Shown: positions 29,274-38,807 of the stretch, piece after piece
Layout of the letters: every line of letters starts with the position of its first letter
Position numbering within the stretch: position 1 is the first letter of the stretch
Source: Bacteroidetes bacterium HGW-Bacteroidetes-10
GTDB lineage: Bacteria > Bacteroidota > Bacteroidia > Bacteroidales > UBA932
Direction: 5' to 3'
DNA: 64,000 nt
Assembly: GCA_002842695.1 (NCBI GenBank)
Contig: PHDT01000006.1
Coordinates: 2,358 to 66,357 of the forward strand
The notes under the pieces: model-generated
The model's database searches: none
Seen by the model: the letters and a program-made list of their open reading frames with translations, nothing else
What the model was told of the DNA's origin: nothing
Program-made: the position numbers and the translations under genes

Positions 29274-30086
29274 TTAATTAAGAACAGTTACTCCCTCAAG
29301 CGAATTGATTGCAAGCTGCCATGTAGAATTGAACTTGGTCAAAACCCCGGTTATATCTACCTTTGAATTTAATGGAGGCGCAGGCTGATTTGCAAACTTT
29401 GCATATCCGCTGGTTCTGACAACAACTATTGTACCTCCTTCAAGTTTAAATTTCTGCTCGCCGTATCCTGCTTCAAGTTCAGGAGTTGCTTTTCTGGCCC
29501 AGGTTGTCATGTTTTGGTCTACCAACGTAACTTCTTTAAGAGTAACCAGGGTTCCCAGAAGGCCGTTGTGAATATCGGACGATGCTGTTATTTGCGCAGG
29601 CACAACCTTTTCTCCCGTTGCACCTCTGAAAATTGTCTCTTTGATTCTCAGGTCTGTCTCAATGTAAGAGGTCTCGTAGCGGGCCTCGGCAGATTTCTCT
29701 CCAAGCTGAACCATTCCGCCATAAGCACCAAGGAAAAGGTGTCTTGCCTTTACATATACTGTCTGACCCTCTTTGTATTCATTGTAGAGAGTGGTTTTCC
29801 CAATCTTAACCTCAATACCTCCGGTTGCATCCTGAATGTAAATTGAGCGGTAAAAGTTTCCAAACTCATCTGTGCTGTTCACTTTACCACCAATTATAAG
29901 ATTGTCGTTAATCTCATATGGAGTTCCGCTAACATATCTGGCTTTTAGATCCTTGATTGTAATGTTCGGAGTAAGAGCAACCGGTTTAAAAGGTTCAGGA
30001 TTTTCAAATTTTTCTGTGCAGGCTTGTCCAAGCAGGGCAGTAGCCATTAACGCCAGTGAAATGTATATTTTTTTCATATTCTTCAT
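29274..30086 (-). CDS. DUF5689-like surface lipoprotein (OB-fold-like), partner of the TonB-dependent receptor
   Basis: 270 aa with a lipobox (LLGQAC). It shares the IYIQDATGGIEV block with the 610-aa protein at 35122..36954 (IYIQDQNAGMCV). Confidence 0.65.
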   Translation of the reverse strand: MKNMKKIYISLALMATALLGQACTEKFENPEPFKPVALTPNITIKDLKARYVSGTPYEINDNLIIGGKVNSTDEFGNFYRSIYIQDATGGIEVKIGKTTLYNEYKEGQTVYVKARHLFLGAYGGMVQLGEKSAEARYETSYIETDLRIKETIFRGATGEKVVPAQITASSDIHNGLLGTLVTLKEVTLVDQNMTTWARKATPELEAGYGEQKFKLEGGTIVVVRTSGYAKFANQPAPPLNSKVDITGVLTKFNSTWQLAINSLEGVTVLN

Positions 30087-30107
30087 CTTTTCTGTTTATT
30101 ATTTCTG

Positions 30108-32852
30108 TTAGAAACGGAAGTAAAGATTCAGGTAGTATGTTGTACCATACATATAAAAATACTTCGAATCAAATCTGCTGTAATTCAGAACATTCCCATT
30201 GGCGTCTTCATTAGCTTTGAGTCTCATTTGCTCATAGCCACCTGTCTTGTTAGTCTGAGTGTTCAGCAGGTTTTTAACCTCAAGGCTGAATCCAATGTTG
30301 TAGTTTCTGAAGATATACCACGACTTGCCAATGTTTGCGCTCAAAACAATTGAGCTTCCAAACATCTCCTGTTTTGAGAGAATTTTACTCTCGTCCGGAG
30401 TAAGACCTATGTGAGCAAAGTCTGTTCTGTAAATAGGGTTCATATCAATGTATGAAGCGTCAAAGAAGGACATGTCAATACCTGCAAAAAGATAGTCAGG
30501 AGAGCGGTAGTCGATCCCTATGTTAATTGCGGTCTGAGGTGTTCCGGCAATTTTATAATCTTTCCAGTAAACTCTCTCATTTTGAAGTATGATTGCTTCA
30601 CTATTATCAACAGTCTGAGTTACGAATGGATTTGAAGAGTACTTGTACAGACCATAGCTTAATGCACCCTCGGCAGAGATCCCTCCCCAGATTGGGACAG
30701 AGAATCCAAGCTCCACACCGGTGTTAACCTGATCAATACCGCTCATAGCAAAATTGGTGAAACTTCTGTTGATGTCATCATAGAAGCTTATAAGCTTTGT
30801 CTGGTCTTGAATCTTAGTATAGAAAGCAGTAGCTCTCATCTTCAGGAAAGGAAGCTTTACTGAGTAGTTGATATCTGCACTCAATGTCTTTTCTGTCGTA
30901 AGGTTAGGAACCACACTGTTTCTTGTACGAGGCGACACAAATGACTCCTGGAAAAATGGAGCAGTCTGGAGATATGCAGCATTTGCATATACCATGTTGT
31001 TTCCGTCAATCTTGTAAGTAAAGCCTGCCTTTGCAGTAAATGTAAGGAAGTTGAGCTTCTCTGAATTTCCGAACGAATTGTTTGGGAACATTCCTTTACG
31101 GTACATACCCTCTCTCCAGAAGGTGGTTTGTCCGCCTTCACCTGCTACATAAGCCTCAATGTTTTTCTTGTTGTATTTATAGGTGAACCAAAGCTTTGCA
31201 TTTCTTACATGTCCCTTATAGTTGTAGCCGTATTTATCACCTTCTCGGATAACCCTGTTGGGGTTGTTAAGGTCGTTCTGAATAACATCTCCGCTTGCGA
31301 AATCTCTCTCAGCAAACTTATCGATATCTATCCAGTATTCTCCGCCCAGGAGGTCCTTCATTTTTTTATAATGGCTTGTTGTATTCCAGCGATACTCTGC
31401 TCCGGCATTCAGCTTGCTTGATGAAGATAACTGATATGCTGCCTGAATTTTGGCATTGATATCCTGCTGGTCAATATGCCTCTCTTCAAGTACATACTGA
31501 GAGCGTTTCTCTCCTGCTATTGATCCGGTTCCGTTAGAGTAGCTGTTGTAGTTGATATTGTATATTCTGTCCCAGTTAATCTGACGTATATTCCAGTCTG
31601 AAAGCCAGCCTTCCCTTATATAAGCTGCTTTGTAAGGATCATTTTCGTAATAGCTTGGAAGGTTACGATAGTAGTCTGGTCTTGGGTCCGGAGCATCATA
31701 CCAGTCAAGTGCAGAGTAACCATTTCTTCCGAATCTGTATGAGAGAGCGGCAGTAATGTTAAGTTTCTCGTTGTGCTTGTAGAAGTAGTTGAGCATTGCA
31801 ACAGGTTCGTTGTTAACTCTTACCCTGGAGTTACGAATCTTGCCATCCTGCCATCCCCAGTTAGGATTGTAATAGTTGCTGCCAATCATGTCATACACCT
31901 CCTGGGTTGAAGATCCCTGTGCTCCCCTTTCTGTTGGTGAGGCAAAGAAAGTAAAAGCGACTCTGTGCTGGTCGCTGAACTTCTTTTCAACAGAACCAAA
32001 ATATGCAAATGCGTTGTAATATAATCCGTTTACCCAGGCGTTTCCGCCCAGTCTTGCAGAAGCAGAGAGGGCATAGGACCATCCGTTATCCTTTTCACCG
32101 GAAGCGTATGTTCCCATAATTCTGTACCTGTACGAATCTGTTGCATTTACAACACTAAACCTGTATCCTTTTCTCATCTGAGATGCTCTTGCGTTGATAT
32201 TGGTAGTACCATTAACTCCACCTACACCAAAGTCAGAAATTGCAATACCGGTTGTGCTCTCCTGGTTTCTGGTAGCCTCATTAAGACCTGTCCACAGAGA
32301 CCATGGCGAGTAGCCGTTAAGTGCATCGTTAAAATAAACACCATTGAGATAGATCCCCTGTGTTCCTGTTTCGTAACCTCTGTTTTTGAATCTCATCGCT
32401 CCAAATTTGTATCCCGCAATGTTTTCATAAACATCTTTTGAAGAGGAGAGAACTACAGGCATTGACTGAGCGTCGCCTGAAAGGTCTGTGTCAAACTCTG
32501 CAAATGAACCTGCATCAATAGTCTGTGAAGGCGCATCTGAAACAAGGGTTATAAAGTTGATGTCCTTAATGAAATCATCAATTTTTACGCTCATTTGCAA
32601 TGGCTGGAAATCGGGAGCAGTAATTGTTACATTGTAGGTTCCTGCCGGAATTCCTACAAGGGAAAACTCTCCCTCCTTTGAGGTTACTGCTACTATCTCG
32701 TTGTCGAGTTTTACAGTAATTTTTGCTCCCGGGATTGGAACTCTTCCCTCCCTGTTAACTACCTTGCCTTTAACTCCTCTCTCCTGAGCTTCAAGTGAGA
32801 TGGAAGAGATTGCTAAAAAGGCGAATAGAATGAAAGCTGCTTTTATTTTCAT
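30108..32852 (-). CDS. TonB-dependent outer-membrane receptor with N-terminal carboxypeptidase-regulatory-like domain
   Basis: 914 aa with a signal peptide, a CarboxypepD_reg-like domain (VKGKVVNREGRVPIPGAKITV), a plug, a long beta-barrel and a terminal aromatic residue (..YLNLYFRF). Confidence 0.88.
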   Translation of the reverse strand: MKIKAAFILFAFLAISSISLEAQERGVKGKVVNREGRVPIPGAKITVKLDNEIVAVTSKEGEFSLVGIPAGTYNVTITAPDFQPLQMSVKIDDFIKDINFITLVSDAPSQTIDAGSFAEFDTDLSGDAQSMPVVLSSSKDVYENIAGYKFGAMRFKNRGYETGTQGIYLNGVYFNDALNGYSPWSLWTGLNEATRNQESTTGIAISDFGVGGVNGTTNINARASQMRKGYRFSVVNATDSYRYRIMGTYASGEKDNGWSYALSASARLGGNAWVNGLYYNAFAYFGSVEKKFSDQHRVAFTFFASPTERGAQGSSTQEVYDMIGSNYYNPNWGWQDGKIRNSRVRVNNEPVAMLNYFYKHNEKLNITAALSYRFGRNGYSALDWYDAPDPRPDYYRNLPSYYENDPYKAAYIREGWLSDWNIRQINWDRIYNINYNSYSNGTGSIAGEKRSQYVLEERHIDQQDINAKIQAAYQLSSSSKLNAGAEYRWNTTSHYKKMKDLLGGEYWIDIDKFAERDFASGDVIQNDLNNPNRVIREGDKYGYNYKGHVRNAKLWFTYKYNKKNIEAYVAGEGGQTTFWREGMYRKGMFPNNSFGNSEKLNFLTFTAKAGFTYKIDGNNMVYANAAYLQTAPFFQESFVSPRTRNSVVPNLTTEKTLSADINYSVKLPFLKMRATAFYTKIQDQTKLISFYDDINRSFTNFAMSGIDQVNTGVELGFSVPIWGGISAEGALSYGLYKYSSNPFVTQTVDNSEAIILQNERVYWKDYKIAGTPQTAINIGIDYRSPDYLFAGIDMSFFDASYIDMNPIYRTDFAHIGLTPDESKILSKQEMFGSSIVLSANIGKSWYIFRNYNIGFSLEVKNLLNTQTNKTGGYEQMRLKANEDANGNVLNYSRFDSKYFYMYGTTYYLNLYFRF

Positions 32853-32853
32853 A

Positions 32854-33906
32854 TTATTCAGATTTAACTAGATATATGTATACAGGAAGGTGATCGCTGT
32901 ATCCTCCCTGGAAATTTGTACCCACATAGGTTCTGTAGGGATAGTTCTTAAATTGACCGCCAGGATTGAGCAGGAACGGCTTATTAAAGATGTTACCCCA
33001 GAATTTGTTGTAATCCGGTTTGTACAGATGCACTTTGCCGGCATTTCGATTAACAAGATTCTTGTTTACAATAATATTGTCAAATATGTTCCATGAATCC
33101 TGATATCCGAGAGTTCCATAACCCTTTTTGAACATTTCAAAATATGGATTGAACAGATCCGATACCTTATCAAGATCCTTGATACTTCCTCTTGCGTCAA
33201 GTGTTTCAATAACGCTCTTGTCTACAGGGTCGTCATTAAGGTCTCCCATAAGAACAATTTTTGCATTGGGATTAACTGCCAGGACAGAATCAATGGCTCT
33301 ACGCGAGGTCATTGCTGCAGAGACTCTTAAGAACTCCGATTCTGAACCGCCTCTTCTTGAAGGCCAGTGACATACAAAGAAGTAGAATTTTTCCCCCTCG
33401 ATTGTACCCCAGGTCATGAGTATATCGCGGGTTTTGAAATCTGGTTTACCTTCGACCTTTACTCTGATAGGCTCGCTGCCTTCGTATTTGAAAATATCCG
33501 GTCTGTAGAGAAGGGCAACATCGATACCACGGGCATCCGGAGAGTCATAATGAACAATCTGGTATGCAGCTTTTGCAAGCTTTGGCAGTGCAACTATATC
33601 CTCAAGTACATTTCTGTTCTCAATTTCGGAAACACCTATGATAACAGGAAATGCCTGTGCTGTAGCTGCAATTTTATAGAAAACCTCCTCAAGGTTAGCC
33701 ATTTTTTTATTGTACTTCTGACTGTTCCAGGCATAAGGGCCGGCAGGAGTAAACTCCTCGTCCAAAACACCGGGAGATTTGAGAGTATCAAAAACATTTT
33801 CAACATTGTAGAAGACAACGGGTAATTTTCTCTCCTGAGCCTGCATCACAGCTGATAGTGCTGTGGAGACTGCAATGAGAAGTAATAATGTGTATAGTTT
33901 CTTCAT
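32854..33906 (-). CDS. Endonuclease/exonuclease/phosphatase (EEP) family protein, secreted
   Basis: Start trimmed to MKKLYTLLLLIAV (ATG 33906). EEP-type blocks are present (FYNVENVFD, VSEIEN, GDLND, SDHLPV). Confidence 0.8.
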   Translation of the reverse strand: MKKLYTLLLLIAVSTALSAVMQAQERKLPVVFYNVENVFDTLKSPGVLDEEFTPAGPYAWNSQKYNKKMANLEEVFYKIAATAQAFPVIIGVSEIENRNVLEDIVALPKLAKAAYQIVHYDSPDARGIDVALLYRPDIFKYEGSEPIRVKVEGKPDFKTRDILMTWGTIEGEKFYFFVCHWPSRRGGSESEFLRVSAAMTSRRAIDSVLAVNPNAKIVLMGDLNDDPVDKSVIETLDARGSIKDLDKVSDLFNPYFEMFKKGYGTLGYQDSWNIFDNIIVNKNLVNRNAGKVHLYKPDYNKFWGNIFNKPFLLNPGGQFKNYPYRTYVGTNFQGGYSDHLPVYIYLVKSE

Positions 33907-33916
33907 TTTAATGATT

Positions 33917-35053
33917 TTATAAATTCCAGGCACTTGGATTCCACGCTGCCTCTGCAGGATCTTGTTTCTCCCTTGGAAGATTTGCAAAGAAATCAAATCC
34001 TGTGAGTGTCTCAATCTGATCTACAGATTTTGTAACTGCCGCAGTTGCGTTACCGGTGCCGTATGATCTGTGTTCAAACCAGAATCCGATTGCATCGTAG
34101 TTTCCTCCTTTGAGTCTGAGCAGAACCTTATAATAGTAATTTGGAACAGCAACTTTACCTCCGCGGTCATCAGTTGCATAGCTTACAGTTTCATTTCCTC
34201 CTGCTGTTTTTAGAATAGCTCCGGTAACAACATACAACGTATCACTTCCGGACATCCATCCGCGTACTTGTCCCTCAAGGTTTGCCCAAACTCTTTGATT
34301 TAAATCTCCAAGCTGAGGCGTCATGTTTGTGAAAAAGAATGTTTGACTGTTTGCTAGATATGAGACTGTTCTGTCTGCAGATGGGATCTGATGGCCTCTG
34401 TCAAAACCGGATATTCCGGAAAAATACCAAGGCTGAATATCTGAAGCGAATTTAGGATCCGGCTGCCAGTTATCTGTTCTGCCTGTGCTGCCCAGATAGC
34501 TTGGGTGATGCGGATATGCTACCCAGTAAGCAATTTTCTCCTTTTTGTCATACATAAGGGAAAAGTTTCTCACTGATTTGTTGTCAATTGTTATTGAATG
34601 CGATACAACTTCACAATCTGCAGTCGCTCCTCCTGAAGGTATTTCAACCCAGCTTAAAGCCGGATTTTGAGGAGGCGGTGGTGAGACAGCAGCTTTCTGC
34701 TGAGTAAGTACATGCCTGACCTCTTTGTCGCCGCATGTAATTGTTAACTGAGCAACTCTCTCCTGATCTGACTTGTTCTCTGCAAAGCTAATAACAACGT
34801 TTGCACTGCCGGTTCCTGCAGAGGGCTGCAAAGTAATCCAGCCTGTTTCACCTGAAGTATAAGAGAGAGCAGTCTGCCACTGGTCGTTTGCCTGAATGTT
34901 CAAAAACTGGCTGGTCGTGGTCGCAGGGATTGAAGTGCTGGCCAGTTGTGCCGACAGTTCATACACCTTCTCCTCTTTTTTACACGATGAAAAGAGAAAA
35001 GTAATGGCTATCAGACCAGGAATCAGCAGGGTTTTTAATTGGAATGGACTCAT
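33917..35053 (-). CDS. DNA/RNA non-specific endonuclease (Serratia NucA-like) lipoprotein with N-terminal BACON-like domain
   Basis: 378 aa with a lipobox (FSSC) and the catalytic DRGHQIPSADR motif with downstream N...F(F)TNMTPQ. Confidence 0.85.
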   Translation of the reverse strand: MSPFQLKTLLIPGLIAITFLFSSCKKEEKVYELSAQLASTSIPATTTSQFLNIQANDQWQTALSYTSGETGWITLQPSAGTGSANVVISFAENKSDQERVAQLTITCGDKEVRHVLTQQKAAVSPPPPQNPALSWVEIPSGGATADCEVVSHSITIDNKSVRNFSLMYDKKEKIAYWVAYPHHPSYLGSTGRTDNWQPDPKFASDIQPWYFSGISGFDRGHQIPSADRTVSYLANSQTFFFTNMTPQLGDLNQRVWANLEGQVRGWMSGSDTLYVVTGAILKTAGGNETVSYATDDRGGKVAVPNYYYKVLLRLKGGNYDAIGFWFEHRSYGTGNATAAVTKSVDQIETLTGFDFFANLPREKQDPAEAAWNPSAWNL

Positions 35054-35072
35054 TTATAATTATATATTAGCC

Positions 35073-35104
35073 AAAAATAGCCCAAAAAATTTGGGCTATT
35101 TTTT
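35073..35104. terminator. Hairpin / intrinsic terminator between the BACON-protein gene and the nuclease gene
   Basis: ATAGCCCAA (35077-35085) pairs with TTGGGCTAT (35091-35099), flanked by an A-run and a T-run. Confidence 0.6.
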
Positions 35105-35121
35105 AAAGCTGTGCAAGTTAA

Positions 35122-36954
35122 TTAGTTAACTGAAATAGTTACATCAGCAAGGCGAGAGTTTCCGCCATCTGCAATTGGACTTCCGTTTGTAGCTGTAGGA
35201 GAACTAACTCTGATTCTTACCTTGAATGCTGCGCTTACTGACTCAGACAGAACAGCTGTGCGGGTAAATGTTGCAATGCTTGAAGTATATACAATTGCAT
35301 CACCCATTTGAACCCAGGTTGTTCCATTCTTTGAGTATTCAACAACTACATCTCTTGGACCGGTACTTGTACTGTATCCTTTGAATTCAACAGTCAGTGT
35401 TTTACCAGAAGCAATAGATGCTGAAGGAGTCAGTGAGAACTCCCATGCCTTATTTTCTGCCCATGTATTAACATAAATGGTCTTAGATGACGCTGTATGA
35501 TTTAATGTTGGAAGTGTGGTAAATCCTGTTAGGGTCAGAGAAGCTCCGGTTGAACCAGTAGCAGTTGAGGCTGCAATAGGGAATGCCGCTGGTTTCTCAG
35601 CGAATACCCATGTAGCAAGTGAAGAAGAAGATGCAGGATCGGTTACTGTTCCGTTAACAATAATTGGAGTAGTTATACCGGTACCGGTGATAGTGAAAAC
35701 TACAGCACCTGCTACTGTTGGAGTACCTGCAAGTTCAATTGTAATGTTGCCTGATGCAGCTGCAAAATTACCGGTTGCAGTAGCCGGGGTTGTTATACCT
35801 GCTGCGGCAGCACCAGATACAGCAACAGAAATATTATATGCAGCACCTGTGGTAGCCTCAGTGAAAGGAAGAGTTATCTTGTTTGCATTTGTAAATGCAA
35901 CGTCTTTATTCATAGTGCCTGCAAGAGTTGCTGTGCCGTAAGTAAGTTCAGGTGCATTACCAAAACGAGCTCCGGTGAGAGCGCTAAAGTCTGCTCTTAC
36001 CTGAGGCATAAGTTGAATTGTAGTGTTGTTGATAGTTGCAATACCTTTAATAGTACCGCTTCCCTGAGGTACATTAAGGGCTTTGAACTCAGAGTATGAA
36101 GCATTAAACATTACGAATTTCTCGCCTGTACCAGCCTCCATTCCTATTGAGGTATGACTTGTTCCAACTACCATTGTTTTGCCAAGGTCTGCATTAACAA
36201 CCTGAACATTAGCAACAGAGACATACATTGATTCGTAGTTACCTGTGAGAAGTTGAGCGGCAGTAATTGATTTGGCCGGCATAACAACTGTTGCACCTGT
36301 CTTGGTCATATTTGCGTTGGCAAAGTTGTTAAGTTGAAGCAAACCATTATATTTTGACAGAACTGCTCCCTGAAGCTTGAATTCAAGTTCAGTACCAACT
36401 GCCATTGTCTCAGCGTTAGCGGTAAGTCTTACGCACATACCGGCATTCTGGTCTTGAATATAAATGTTTTTAAGAGAGGTATTGTTTCCTCCCTCCTGAT
36501 CATTAATGAGGCTTGCCTTGAGGTATACATCAGAGGTGATTGTTGTTTCGCCCATAGCCCTCAGTTCAGAAACTGTGACATAGGTCTTGACTGCAGCACC
36601 GGCCTGAATTATTCTAACATACTCGTAAGCTGTTGCAGTCTTAACTTTGACATCTGCCTGCCTCTCCAGTCCTGAGTTAGGAAGAAGGGTAAAGGTGATT
36701 GTGCCATTGTTTGTTCCTGATGCAGGATTTGCTGCAATCCAGGTTGCATCTGTTGGTATTTCAACGCTCCATGCTCTGTTTGATTCCACAGTGAGAGTTG
36801 CAGTACCGCCCTCCTTGACAACTGGAATAGTCTCGCTTCCAAGATTAACAAATGGAGTTTCGTTGTTTACATCTTCCTTGTTACAGCTTGTTGTGGCAAA
36901 AGACAAAGCAATTACCAATGCAAAACTGAACAGTTTTAGCATCATTTTTTTCAT
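35122..36954 (-). CDS. BACON-domain surface lipoprotein with DUF5689-like module
   Basis: 610 aa with a lipobox (ATTSC), an N-terminal BACON-like domain (GGTATLTVESNRAWSVEIP..WIAANPASG), a central DUF5689-like block and a Thr/Ala/Gly-rich C-terminal beta domain. Confidence 0.7.
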   Translation of the reverse strand: MKKMMLKLFSFALVIALSFATTSCNKEDVNNETPFVNLGSETIPVVKEGGTATLTVESNRAWSVEIPTDATWIAANPASGTNNGTITFTLLPNSGLERQADVKVKTATAYEYVRIIQAGAAVKTYVTVSELRAMGETTITSDVYLKASLINDQEGGNNTSLKNIYIQDQNAGMCVRLTANAETMAVGTELEFKLQGAVLSKYNGLLQLNNFANANMTKTGATVVMPAKSITAAQLLTGNYESMYVSVANVQVVNADLGKTMVVGTSHTSIGMEAGTGEKFVMFNASYSEFKALNVPQGSGTIKGIATINNTTIQLMPQVRADFSALTGARFGNAPELTYGTATLAGTMNKDVAFTNANKITLPFTEATTGAAYNISVAVSGAAAAGITTPATATGNFAAASGNITIELAGTPTVAGAVVFTITGTGITTPIIVNGTVTDPASSSSLATWVFAEKPAAFPIAASTATGSTGASLTLTGFTTLPTLNHTASSKTIYVNTWAENKAWEFSLTPSASIASGKTLTVEFKGYSTSTGPRDVVVEYSKNGTTWVQMGDAIVYTSSIATFTRTAVLSESVSAAFKVRIRVSSPTATNGSPIADGGNSRLADVTISVN

Positions 36955-37015
36955 AAAAAAATATTGTTTATTATTAAATATGTTGAGTTTCAGATAAAAT
37001 ACAATTTTGTAATGG

Positions 37016-37023
37016 CAAATATA
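37016..37023 (-). promoter_or_regulatory. Candidate -7 box (TATATTTG) for the nuclease locus
   Basis: Minus-strand TATATTTG lies 62 nt upstream of the ATG at 36954. Confidence 0.35.
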
Positions 37024-37053
37024 TAAAAATGTTTTAAAAATCTATGTTTTTTA

Positions 37054-38178
37054 TTATAACAGTAACAGAATGTAACCAGTCAGAGATCCTGCAATTACAA
37101 TCAGAGCGCTGTTTACCTTCTTATATTTTAAAGCAATAAAAAGTGATGACGAAGCGATGAGAATACTTCTCCAATCCATAACAGCATCTGCTCCCATCTT
37201 TATGCAAACCGCCCCAATTACTGCTACTGATGCTGCATTAACTGCATCAAGAAATGCAGAAAAAAGTTTAGATTTTCTTAGTTTTGGCAGAATTGGATTG
37301 AGAAGTGCCACGAACAGGAAAGAGGGAAGAAAGATTCCGGCTGTTGCAACCAGTGCTCCGGAGAGTCCGTTCATCTGCCATCCTATAAAAGTGGCCGTTG
37401 AGAGAACAGGCCCGGGTGTAAACTGACCTGCTGCGACAGCATCTGTGAGAACCTCTCTGCTTAGCAGCCCTGTTGAGACCAGTTCTGCGTCAAGAAATGC
37501 AAAAAGCACATATCCGCTGCCGTAAAGCAGCGCTCCTGTCTTTAGGAAAATCAGAAATATTTTTAGAGATGGTACAGTCACTGCCGGCAGGGCAGAAGCG
37601 AGGGCAGCAAATGGCACAAAGGAATTTGTTTGTCTCCTGTATTTTTCTGCAAGGAAAATCAGCACGCCGGCACCTCCGCATGCAAACATGGCAATAATCT
37701 CATTAAGCCCGGCTACTGATGCAATCAGTGTTGCCAATCCCATGGCAATGAGCATATTATTTTTAAATGCTTTTTTTGCCAGAGGAACTATTGCTGCGGC
37801 AATAATTGCAATCACAGCCGGTTTTATTCCAAAAATAAACGGCTCTGCATTGGGGAGAGCGCCATATTTCTGATATACCCAGGCAAGGATTGCAGTAATA
37901 ATAACGGCGGGGAAAATGAAAGAGACTCCTGCAACAATTAGCCCCTTCCAGCCGGCTCTTTCATAGCCGCAGTGCATGGTCATCTCCGTGGAGTTGGGGC
38001 CGGGTATAAGATTGGTTGCTCCAATGAGATCAAGAAAATGTTCGTGTGTCATCCACTTTCTCTTTTTGACAACTTCGTCTTCCATCATAGCAATATGTGC
38101 AGCCGGTCCTCCGAACGACACTGTACCAAGTTTGAGAAAGAGTTTTGCAATTTCACCGAGTGGGGTGGTTTTTTCCAT
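37054..38178 (-). CDS. chrA: Chromate transporter ChrA (fused two-domain form)
   Basis: 374 aa. The block FLKLGTVSFGGPAAHIAMMEDEVVKKRKW and a second FLKTGALLYGSGYV repeat are typical of the CHR family. Confidence 0.85.
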   Translation of the reverse strand: MEKTTPLGEIAKLFLKLGTVSFGGPAAHIAMMEDEVVKKRKWMTHEHFLDLIGATNLIPGPNSTEMTMHCGYERAGWKGLIVAGVSFIFPAVIITAILAWVYQKYGALPNAEPFIFGIKPAVIAIIAAAIVPLAKKAFKNNMLIAMGLATLIASVAGLNEIIAMFACGGAGVLIFLAEKYRRQTNSFVPFAALASALPAVTVPSLKIFLIFLKTGALLYGSGYVLFAFLDAELVSTGLLSREVLTDAVAAGQFTPGPVLSTATFIGWQMNGLSGALVATAGIFLPSFLFVALLNPILPKLRKSKLFSAFLDAVNAASVAVIGAVCIKMGADAVMDWRSILIASSSLFIALKYKKVNSALIVIAGSLTGYILLLL

Positions 38179-38245
38179 AAACAGAAAAATATTTATGATT
38201 TCAGAAAATAATTTGCAAATTCACATTTATAAAACATAAAAATAG

Positions 38246-38764
38246 ATGGAAAAGTTCGGATTTAAAAGAATCAGACCGGAAGATATTGAACCCAACCTGA
38301 TAAGACTCGTTGAAAAAGAGTGGATGCTGGTTACTGCCGGAACAAAGGAGAGGATAAATACAATGACTGCCAACTGGGGAGGAATGGGTTATTTATGGAA
38401 CAGGCCTGTTGTCTTTATTTTTATCCGTCCGGAGAGGTATACCTATGAATTTGTTGAGAGCAACGAATCATTTACTCTTACTTTCTTTGATGAAAGTTAC
38501 AGAGCTGCTCTTGATATCTGCGGAACAAAATCGGGAAGAGATTGCGACAAAATTGCTGAGGCAAATCTTACTCCGCTCTTTTCATCAGAAGGAAACCCGG
38601 CATTTGAGGAGTCTGAGATGGTTCTTGAGTGTAAGAAGCTATATGCCGGAATGTTAAGGGACGAAGAGTTTCTTGACCCACATATTCTTACGGCTGCATA
38701 TGGTCTTAAAGGTAATCTGCACAAGCTTTACATTGCAGAGATTAAAAGTGTCTGGATAAAGTAA
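38246..38764 (+). CDS. Flavin reductase-like (FMN-binding split-barrel) protein
   Basis: 172 aa. The block LVTAGTKERINTMTANWGGMGYLWNRPV resembles flavin-reductase-domain proteins. Confidence 0.6.
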   Translation: MEKFGFKRIRPEDIEPNLIRLVEKEWMLVTAGTKERINTMTANWGGMGYLWNRPVVFIFIRPERYTYEFVESNESFTLTFFDESYRAALDICGTKSGRDCDKIAEANLTPLFSSEGNPAFEESEMVLECKKLYAGMLRDEEFLDPHILTAAYGLKGNLHKLYIAEIKSVWIK

Positions 38765-38807
38765 CAACCTTCGTGGTATTTGCTGTGAATGTCCGGCAAA
38801 CTCTGAA

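Noticed and set aside
33367-33825. 152-aa plus-strand ORF and other antisense ORFs inside large minus-strand genes (for example 42159..42578 and 61850..62428)
   Set aside because: Each is fully embedded antisense in a gene with clear family motifs, and none has a recognisable domain.
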